A DNA stretch of 60,415 nucleotides, counting the filler, from Dugesia japonica (taxonomy: Eukaryota): the NCBI GenBank assembly GCA_001938525.1. It is 6 parts of 6 records of this genome, joined end to end, with 100 filler letters (N's around TTAATTAATTAA, not from the genome) between each part and the next. Parts side by side here need not be neighbours in the genome. Positions count along the whole stretch, not along the records: positions 51,173 to 60,415 come from MQRL01633481.1; 5 more parts are not named here. The stretch is one strand, 5' to 3'. The position numbers and the translations under genes were made by a program. Below are positions 51,073 to 60,415 of this stretch, piece after piece (position 1 is the first letter of the stretch; every line of letters starts with the position of its first letter). Under the pieces are notes generated by a model. The model was not told the DNA's origin and made no database searches. It saw only the letters and a list, made by a program, of their open reading frames with translations.

Positions 51073-51172
51073 NNNNNNNNNNNNNNNNNNNNNNNNNNNN
51101 NNNNNNNNNNNNNNNNTTAATTAATTAANNNNNNNNNNNNNNNNNNNNNNNNNNNNNNNNNNNNNNNNNNNN
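51073..51172. other. Artificial contig-join spacer
   Basis: TTAATTAATTAA at 51117-51128 inside an N run. Confidence 0.95.
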
Positions 51173-51389
51173 TTATTCTTTTATTGATTTGCCACAAAAA
51201 ATTCCCCGAATCAACCTGTCTATTTAATTTACCTCACAATTACCAACCAATATTTTGTCAATTGTCTACGAAGTTAATGAATTTAGAAATTGTTTATTAT
51301 ATCCATTTGCTTGCAGTAACTTTAATAAATGTTCAATGCTTTTTATGGATTTTGAATAAGTTGGAGACAACGAACAGGAACGAAATACT

Positions 51390-51640
51390 AAACCCCTTTA
51401 TCATGTTCGTTTTATAAGCAGGATCACAAAAACTATTTGGGGTAACATACAAGTCAGTATCACTTTTCTCTCTGTAGTTTTCAGTCTCACAATGTGTTAA
51501 TTTTCTTTCTATTAAAATATCCAAAAAAGGAAAAATACCATTTCTTTCCTCTTCTACAGTAAATCTAATATTAGGATGTAACAAATTCATAAAACTCTAG
51601 AAAAGCAAAACATGTTCACGATTACCAAAAATAAGGTAAG
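51390..51640 (-). mobile_element. Penelope-like RT C-terminal fragment
   Basis: MNLLHPNIRFTVEEERNGIFPFLDILI...YREKSDTDLY...S....YK is the PLE RT motif 6-7/thumb signature. Confidence 0.85.
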
Positions 51641-52140
51641 CTAATATGAATTGTATCTCTTATAGTTCGAAATTGATTTTCAATTATTCGATTACTTCAA
51701 TAGTGATATGGACTAAAGTATTGAATTTCACAATTAAATTCCTTATAAAATTGTTGGAATACATTTGATTCAAATGATTTTCTACTATCTGTATGTATTA
51801 TTCTTGGTGCACTATATTTCAAAATCCAATTATTTTTAAATATTTTATCAATGGTTTTTTCATCTTGATCTGAAACTGCATTGAGAGATATAAATTTACT
51901 AACTTTATCAATTAAAGCTAAAATGTATAAAGTCTTTCTTTAAAGGACCACAAAAATCAAAATGAATGATTTCAAAGATTTTATCAACTGGAATACTAAT
52001 AATTTTTTTTTGTTTTAATTATCTGTCTTTTTCTTAATTGAGAATTTTTACAACTTTGAGTAACCGTTTTTACAATTTCTTCTAGACCTTCCATATAGTT
52101 TTCTCTTATATGAGCTACCATTTTTTGAAATCCTACATTG

Positions 52141-52302
52141 AAAAGTCAATTCCTGAAGAAGACAAAGTCGAAATATCGAATTGTTATCAAAAACCAAAAA
52201 AAACACAAAAACTTTCATTGAAGCTTTTTTTAAATGAATTCTGAAAAACGATCAATGGTTATGTCCAACAATTATTCTCGCAATAATTGTAATTGTAAAA
52301 TA
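52141..52302 (+). mobile_element. ~160-nt hammerhead-bearing PLE repeat inserted in the gypsy integrase
   Basis: It interrupts HKSL.|NVGFQKM of the integrase Zn finger. The full unit runs AAAAGTCAATTC...CTCGCAATAATTGTAATTGTAAAATA. Confidence 0.9.
52147..52183 (+). ncRNA. Intact minimal type I hammerhead ribozyme motif
   Basis: CAATTC-CTGAAGA-A-GAC-AAA-GTC-GAAA-TA-TC^GAATTG; predicted cleavage after C52177. Confidence 0.8.
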
Positions 52303-53869
52303 ATGACTTGTGCTCATTTCTTACAAATAATTGTCTGCATTCTAAAGGAATCCAAATTTTATTATTATTTTTCATTATGATACCATTTGAAAACTTAAAT
52401 TTTGAATTCATTTCACCATTTTAAGTTACCTTTTATAATATTAATTTCTTCAGAGTTTTCTTGCCATTTATTACCGTTTGTTTTAAGCTCAATTGCTAAA
52501 ATTTTTGTTTTCATTTTCGCCTTTTTCGCATTTTCATCATCCATTTGACATTGAATACATGTTTTACAATTATTCTTTGACATTAAGTCAGCATTTAAAT
52601 GACATTCTCCTTTTCTGTAGTCCATAATCATATCCAAACTACTTAAACGATTGATCCATGCCGGGAATTGTAAAGTAATCGGTTTTTATGCATTAATCAT
52701 AAAAGTTATGGCTTTGTGGTCAGTTCGAACTTTAAATCTATTCCAGTATAAATAGTGTTTATAATATTCCATGAAATAATAAATTGATAGAAGCTCTTTT
52801 CTGGTTATTCAATAAACTAATTCATGTTTACTCATTGCTTTTGATCCATAAGTTATAACCCGTTCATTGTCTTGTTCATCTAACTGTGATAATACATCAT
52901 CAAATGCGTCAAAGCTAGCATCTGTATCTAGTATGAATTCTTTGAAAAAATCTTGATAAATAAGTATAGGAGCCTTCATTAATTCTTGTTTTAAAGCACA
53001 AAACTTTGTTTACATTGATCTGACCAAATTAGTTTATTTATATTGTTTCCACATAAACTTTCTAATATCCTCGGTTGTTTTGAATAATATTTAATAAATT
53101 TTCTGTAATAATTTGGCATTCGGTTGAAGCAAAATTGACCAAGCTTTGTAGAAAATCCCGTTTTGTATTTTGAACTTTCCTCTAATTCTACCTGGTAATA
53201 TGCATTAATCAAATCTATCGTTGTAAAATATTTTAATCTATTCAAAATGTCAAGCATTTATCCTATATTTGGTATTGGGAACAATGGTTTCTCCGTTATA
53301 TTATTCATAAATCTAAAATCTAAAAAATTCTAATGTCTTTTGTCTTTTTCTTTCAAACACACACTAATGGACAATTCCACTCAGAATCATATCGTTTAAT
53401 TATACCTTTTCTTCCCTTTCTAAACTAGCCTTGTTAATTTGTTAATAGGTTGTCGCCTAGAATTTACTACAACTGGACCACCGTGGGTAACACTTTCATG
53501 TTTTAATAGTGTTGACTTACCTATATCCCATTTATCTTTTAAAAAAATTTCTCAAAATCGTTCAATTATATCACTAATATTTTTATTTACTTTATTTTTA
53601 AAGTTCATAGTTTTTATTTCCAATATTTCTTTATAAATATAATTTAGCATTTTTAATTTTATATTAAATTTAGATAACAAATCAATTCCCGCAATAAGAC
53701 TAGGCGAAATATTATCTACAACATAAAACTTATTATATTCTGTTTGATTATTAAGTGTAATTTTTTATAAAATACTTTCTATTATTTTTAGTTGACTTTC
53801 ATTAGCACAAGTAACATAAATATATTCACTTTTAATTGTAGTATTATTTAATTTTAACAATATAGCAAC

Positions 53870-55900
53870 CACACCAAGCTCAAACTTAGTAACAGATTTG
53901 TTATGCCCGAAACTTTTCAAGTTAAACAACAATCTGGAAAGATTCTTAGGAATGTCGGTCGATTCTTCAAAGCGGCCAAAATTCCCTTCATCCATTCACA
54001 AAAACTGGCAGATAAACTGCTTAGCCATAATCTGTCAAAAGAGTCGTTAATAGCAACACTCCTGATAAGCGCAATGGCATAGAAGAAAGCAAAGAAAGAG
54101 ATTCTGATGAAAAAAGTTTCTAATCCGGAAGAAATAAGTAATTATTAGAGACGTTTCAAGGATCGCCAAAAAGACAGAATGAATAACCGTGATGCGTAGC
54201 TACAAGAAGGCATTAAACACGAAACCAAAAAGAACAGTACCAAAGATGCAAGAATCAACGTTCAAAGAGCCAAATACCAGTAGGAAGTTCAGAACAGAGA
54301 AATTAGAATGTTGAAATTGTCACAAATTGGGATACATAAGCAGGGAGTGCCCAGAAAAAAGCCTCGTACATGCTACGCAAGTGTAGGGCACATAAAAAGA
54401 CAGAGCAACAAGATAAAGTGCGAGAAATGCAACAAGAACGATCATAAAAACCAAAAACTGTTTCACAAAGAGGGAGTACAAGAGATGGAACGAATATCCT
54501 TAAGAATTTAAGAGAACTAATTATATAGGCGAAGATTCACTCTACGAACAGACCATAAGGAGATTACGTTTATGTTAACTACAAAGAAACCTATATCGGC
54601 ACAATTTCAAAATTGAATCAACTACTTAAGTAGATTAGACATTGACTTATATTATCGGAAAGACGACAAACATAGCAAAGAAAATTTTCTCTGAAGGCAG
54701 GAATGTATCACATTAGTACAGTGCTTGATGACACACGAAGATCCTATAGGAAGCAAATCAAAAACAATACGTTTGAATACAATAACGGAGACATCGGAAT
54801 GAAAAAAAGAGATAATGAATAGATATGAATATTACGAGAACAGATCACATATGGGAAACAAGAGAGATTCCAATGGATAGACGGCCAGATATTAACACAA
54901 AACGGAAAGATTTGGATACCAACAGATAAAAAATCAGATATTATCAGAGAAAAGCACCAGTTGTTAGCACACGTAGGAACAGAATATGATGACAAATATA
55001 TTAGGGAACAGTATGAGATGACTAGGTTATAGAGAAGTGTAAAGGAAATTGTGGATAGATGCGAATCATGCCAGCGAGTGAAGGTGATAACAACTAAACT
55101 AAAGAAGAAACTTTAAAATCTGAGTTGGCAAGGCCGTTTCAGAGATATATATTAATATAGCTAGACCATGGCCAGAAACGTTCCAAAAAAAGAATTATAT
55201 CGTGAACGTTATCGATCAGAATAGTAAATATATATCATTGACAGCTCCAGCAAAACAAGATGAAGAGTCAATAACTTGTGTATTGAAAGATAACAGAATA
55301 TTAAAGGTAGGAGCTTCGAGATATATTCATACAAATTGTCGTAAAGTATTTAAATAATAAAGAATAAAGAAATTAGCAGATGAGATGAATATTAAGCTTT
55401 TTTTTCAAGTCCTTATTACCACAATACGAATGGACAAGTAAAAAGACGATTTCGGAATATTGGAGACTGAATTTGGGCATTAATATCAGAGAGAAACACA
55501 AATAATTGAGCCGAAATTCTACCAGAGACTAAATTTGCGATGAAAGCGACAGTACAGAAAACAACAGTTAAAAGCCCGGCGGAAAGAGTGTTTGGTAAAA
55601 ATATCAGCAGTTAAAGGTGGTTCCCATCTCGACAACTAGAGTTCGAGAAAGTAAACCAGAACATTCGCTATTGGAGATGCAGTGGTTATCAAGTAGGAAA
55701 CAAGAAATAAGGATCAGTATCGTTTTGTAAGTTGATTCATAATAGTAAACAAGATACATGACCGAAGATATCTGGTTCGAGATGCTCTGGGTCGGATAAT
55801 GGAAACAAATTTTGAAAAGATCAGAAGACTTCTTAAAGAAGGGGAATGTGAGAATGATATTTGAATTGTTTCATTTCAAATTTATTTATAAAATTTTTGA
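53870..55900 (+). mobile_element. Ty3/gypsy element of a second family: gag and integrase, PPT, start of 3' LTR; protease/RT absent
   Basis: Gag knuckles CWNCHK.GH, CYA..GH and CEKCNK.DH. Integrase H..LAHVG...C..CQ.VK, SPYYHNTNGQV. The PPT AAAGAAGGGGAA at 55835-55846 is followed by TGTGAG. Confidence 0.88.
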
Positions 55901-56557
55901 AATTTAAAATCTTTCGAAAAAATAATTAAAGTAATTATTGCGCATATTTGTTTAAATAATAAAACTTTCCTGATTTACTTTTTCAATTTATAGTAACTTT
56001 GTATTAAATATATGTTTGATGAGGAGTGTTTTTCTTGCTAATAATNNNNNNNNNNNNNNNNNNNNNNNNNNNNNNNNNNNNNNNNNNNNNNNNNNNNNNN
56101 NNNNNNNNNNNNNNNNNNNNNNNNNNNNNNNNAACAACAATTACATGAATAGGTGTCATTATTGATGTGTTTAATTTAGCATTTTTCATTGACATAAAAT
56201 AATTGACGTAATTGTTCAAATGGAGAGAATCGACATAAATATAAACATTTAAAATATTTTATTTTAAAATTAATTTTTTTTTGAATAAAACCCATAATAT
56301 TACTTATAAAAATATAAAATAATAATTATACGTATAGTTCTTTCTAAATAAATATGTAAAAAAAATAAATTTATTTTATTTATTTATGAAATGGAAAATT
56401 AGTTTTGTAAAGAGTTTCAATTTTATTGAAGAAAATTGAAAATAATTATTGATTTTAGTTTACGAATTTATANNNNNNNNNNNNNNNNNNNNNNNNNNNN
56501 NNNNNNNNNNNNNNNNNNNNNNNNNNNNNNNNNNNNNNNAAAAAAAAATTAGTTTAC

Positions 56558-57029
56558 CTAATATTGATAAACTTCTTTCATAGATGTCTGAATTTAATAT
56601 TTCAACGGCTCCAAAACTTGTAAAATATGTCGCCCATAAATTTGAATCAACTTTAAACATTCCAAAAAACAAATAAATCTCATCTTTGACAACATCCGCT
56701 AAACAATCTAAAGAACTACCAAATCCATTGATTTTTACGGATTTTCTATTTGTCCAACCATTCTCATCATTGGATTTCTTTTTAAAACTTTGCCATCCTT
56801 TTAATACGTCGATTATTTCACATTGAGCTGAATAAAATTTAATAGCTTTTGTTGTGGGCTCGAATTTTTTTAAAACTTTGATTATTAAAACTATTTCAGC
56901 CCGTTCAATTCTTTCTTCTACAGACATTTGTGACCAGTGATTATTTAACATTTCAATACAACAGTAAGTTAAATGAAGGGAAATTATTAATTTCAAAATT
57001 ATAGCAATTATGACTGGAATTGAATGCAT
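56558..57029 (-). CDS. First coding exon of a secreted protein with an agrin N-terminal (NtA) domain
   Basis: The ATG at 57029 starts a hydrophobic signal peptide (MHSIPVIIAIILKLIISLHLTYC). SVEERIERAEIVL..KV, YSA.C.I..VLKG, V.INGFG...DC.ADV and YLFF fit NtA. A phase-1 donor TTAG|gtaaac follows 56558. Confidence 0.85.
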
Positions 57030-57780
57030 AATTTTCTTTTTATTTGTATTAAAAATGATAAAGTGGCAGATCTTACACAGTCTATATATGGATTCAATTG
57101 ACCGCAACGGTATTGGCGCCAATAAGGTGATTACAGCAGTTTACTGATGTCGCCTTCAATTGCTTACGTCAATAGACGAACCATTGAGGGACATGCATCA
57201 ATGCGTTGTGAATCAGGTTTAATTTTTGTGGTCTTTTGTCGCAGAACACTTGGATGATCATTCATATAATTACGTTTAATAAACAGAAATATACTATGAT
57301 GGTTACCGTCTCATTATTAACACATCACTTTGATAAAATTATCAATTTTAAATTTTATAATGCTAATAAATAAATAAATACTATATTAGATTAACCACTA
57401 ATTTGATCCGTATATTATATTTCTTGATGTATATTTAAAAAAAATTTTTAACTGTCAATTTACATTGAATAATATTTAAATTTAATATTAAATGATATAA
57501 ATATTAAGTTGTTTTAACTCTATTTAGTTATCTAACAACGCAAGGTCAAATTTCATTTAAAAAAAAATTGAAATAATTATAATAAACTAAATCTACACAC
57601 AAACATTATTATATTCTATACACAAACTATTGTAACATGTTTAATGTGTATATGGAAATTTGTTTAGAAAATATATTAGTAAAATTAAAATTATTGTATT
57701 TTAATGGTGGATATAAATGATAATAATAATTTTAAAAATTAATATTTCTTAATTTCTCATTAGAAATATAAACAGAAATA

Positions 57781-57885
57781 AAAAAGTCAATTCCTCACCA
57801 AGACAAAGTCAAAAATTAAAATTATTTTCAGAAACAAATAAGATAAAGCAATCATGATCGAAGCTTTTATTTTAATGAATTCAGA
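57781..57885 (+). repeat. Decayed copy of the hammerhead-bearing repeat
   Basis: AAAAAGTCAATTCCTCACCAAGACAAAGTCAAAAA...GATCGAAGCTTTTATTTTAATGAATTC; the catalytic core is mutated. Confidence 0.75.
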
Positions 57886-58329
57886 AATATTAATCTATTT
57901 ATTTCAATAAAAGAAATACTATAGTTTTACAATAAAAGCATAATCCAAACATTATTTCATAACAATAATAATAATAACAATCTGAATAAAATATCCTACA
58001 TTTCAAGAATAAACTTCTACAAATTGTCAGCAACAAAATAATCTTATCACTTTCATAAAAAATAAAATATATAAAAGCAAGTCAATTTAACGTTATATAT
58101 TATTTTTTTCGACCCAGTTCGACAGCTTATCTCGATTAATAATTGATATAAATGGTTTTTTATTATGGGTGTGCATTAATCTTTAGGGATAAGAAAGGGA
58201 TGGTTTAATAAGTACTATTATATAACATCTCACAACATTTTTTCCATCCTCTCGTCAAATAATCAATATATAAATATCATTTTTAATGTATCATTTTAAA
58301 AGTACTAAAAATATTTTTTAGTTTTAAAA

Positions 58330-58770
58330 TATAAAATGTCTATATTTATCACAACAAAACACCATTTGCTGGAAGCTATGCTTTTTTGCAATCATTTGAA
58401 AAAACGTCCTGGCGAATGTAAAGAAATACTGTCAAAAGCCTCTGGAGATTGTAGAACTTGCTACTACTTGCGTTTAGTTTGTTGTAAAACATTTACTGCG
58501 CATAGTTTAAATCTTATTGGATTTGCTGAAATCGTACGAAAATCTATTATAGATCTGATCATCAACATTTGTAGTTTCTCGTTTTCTTTCATTTTCAGTT
58601 TTACATTCATAGCTACCAGTTTCTTTGAAATCTTTAAGACATTTAGAGGCTGCAGATTGTGATTTACTAATTCTCTTTGTCATTTCTCTCCCAGTTAATC
58701 TGCAATCGTCATATGCTGGAGTTGATTCTTTTTGAAAGTTTATAAACTCTTGATGCTGATTTCATCCCTA
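58330..58770 (-). mobile_element. Tc1-like transposase N-terminal (HTH) remnant
   Basis: LTGREMTKRISKSQSAASKCLKDFKETGSYECK..NERKRETTNVDDQI fits the Tc1 paired-like HTH/GRPRKT region. Confidence 0.6.
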
Positions 58771-60415
58771 TTTCCAGTTAATTAGAATTCTAATTCTAAA
58801 ACAAATATTTTAAAAAACAAATTTTGTTAATATTTTCTAATACAAAGATCAAAATGATGTTCTTCTTTTTCTGAAAATTAATTCAATATTTTTAAAACTG
58901 ATATTATTTTTTTCTTTACTCTTTATCAAAAGTGTTTGAGTAGAAATCGCACTATGAAAAACATTTCTCCAGAGATAATGAATTAAGATTTGGAAAAAGA
59001 ATCATTACTAAATTTAAATAGAAAAATACAGTTATACAAGTTTGTGAACTAAAATTTGTGTCGTGAGTAAACAAACATCCCCTAAAGAGTAGTTTTACAT
59101 TTTTGTTAGCCATTATATTTTCTATTATTATAATTTTCTTTTTTATAATTTTTTCAAAATTAATATACATATTTAAAATGTTTTTAACATCAATATAAAG
59201 TAAACAATTCATCAGTTGATAATCATGTCTATAATATCACATAATATTTGGATAATTTTATGAAGTAATAGAAATAGTAAAATTTGAAGCATCTGTTAAG
59301 GATGTATTATATTTATATATGTTGGGATTTTACCCTTGTTGGGTTGCATTCTTGTATGATTTAAATTTAGGAGGGTCAAACTTTATATAAAATTAAGTCT
59401 AGGGTAATTGACCTGGTAAAACCCCGCGATGAATTTGAATCTGGTGTCCCCAAAAATCCAGATCTTCGGGATGAAGCCGTTGACTCGTAGCTCGAGTACA
59501 GACTCGCACCCCTTTATTTCGGGTTCTTTTCACACTATACTCGCCCGATTTAAATCCTACTTATTAATCATTAATTTATTAGATTTCCGTTTAACACCTG
59601 TTTCGATGAANNNNNNNNNNNNNNNNNNNNNNNNNNNNNNNNNNNNNNNNNNNNNNNNNNTTGAGTCTTAATTAATTATAAATTTTCGTTTTCAAAATTA
59701 AACATATTTAGTTGGGTTCAGTTACTCATTACGTATAGTTGAACACTCCATACTCTAAGATTTAAAATTATCAAGAACGCAAGTTTGTAACAAGTTGAAA
59801 AATGTATTCAATTATCAAATCACCACTTGCTATAAATTAAGTTAACAAATAGGACAATTAATAAAACTAACGTGGTCTGGATCTCGATCCGGAGCAAGCA
59901 CGAAGTTTGAATTATCATTTCCTTGATAGATATTACTGATTAAATGGATCCACCATAATTTTCCATATTCGGTTCAAGTCGGAAATCGTTGCATTCGTGC
60001 TTGAATCACAAGAATATTTACTTTAAGTAATCTCCGTTTAATTACCGTATTTTTCGTGAAAAGATAGATTGACTGAATGAAAATTACATCGGTATTTATA
60101 CTGGTTTTTTCTTCACACCCCCATTACTTTTATTGGTTATTTAGAATCGTACGACTTTCTTGACGTTTTCATTGGCTTGAANNNNNNNNNNNNNNNNNNN
60201 NNNNNNNNNNNNNNNNNNNNNNNNNNTCTATTGGTCAACCTTCAAACCCCTGTATCTTTTTTCTGAGACTTCTACCGACATTTTAACTTAGATTCTCAAA
60301 ATCTCCGATTTTTTCTTGATCAGAATCTTTTTAATTGCTAATTCTCACCATGGGAAGTCGTTGTTTTTGCCATTTTTCATGAAATAATTATTTTTCTTTT
60401 AAAAATAATTTATTT

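Larger units (their letters stand above)
51650..53850 (-). mobile_element. Ty3/gypsy protease-RT-RNaseH-integrase remnant
   Basis: Motifs YFTTIDL.NAYYQVEL, FILDTDASFDA, ITRKELLSI, FKVRTDHKA, YRKGECH.NAD.MS, an integrase Zn finger and FEIIHFDFCGPL. Confidence 0.92.

Noticed and set aside
57030-57122. N-terminal extension of the 220-aa ORF (MAPIPLR...)
   Set aside because: It begins at a non-ATG codon; the signal peptide starts at the ATG at 57029. The tail after 56558 is intron read-through.

Overview
This is very AT-rich eukaryotic (metazoan) genomic DNA; the composition and transposon content suggest a planarian-type flatworm, which is an inference only. The window is not one contiguous locus. 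Five artificial N-TTAATTAATTAA-N spacers (stops in all six frames) join six pieces of about 9-12 kb: ~1-10177, 10278-22047, 22147-31391, 31492-40237, 40338-51072 and 51173-60415. Host genes are fragmentary: the last exon of an NRY-motif class A GPCR carrying a frameshift, two exons of a GluN3-like NMDA-receptor subunit that the ORF track misses, the first exon of a secreted agrin-NtA-domain protein, a possible RING-like ORF and two candidate small exons. Most of the rest is decayed transposons: Ty3/gypsy, Penelope-like elements (PLE), hAT, mariner/Tc1 including a plant-like DD39D type, piggyBac and a MULE carrying hAT cargo. Three observations stand out. (1) A dispersed ~160-nt PLE-derived repeat carries a minimal type I hammerhead ribozyme, often as head-to-head palindromes, and one intact copy lies in the sense orientation inside the NMDA-receptor intron. 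(2) Long-TIR elements with AGTAG...CTACT (Polinton/Maverick-like) ends have arms carrying tandem E2F/CDE-CHR motif arrays plus CRE, CCAAT and YY1-like sites. (3) An orphan ~430-codon degenerate ORF with its own CCAAT/TATA promoter abuts one of these elements.
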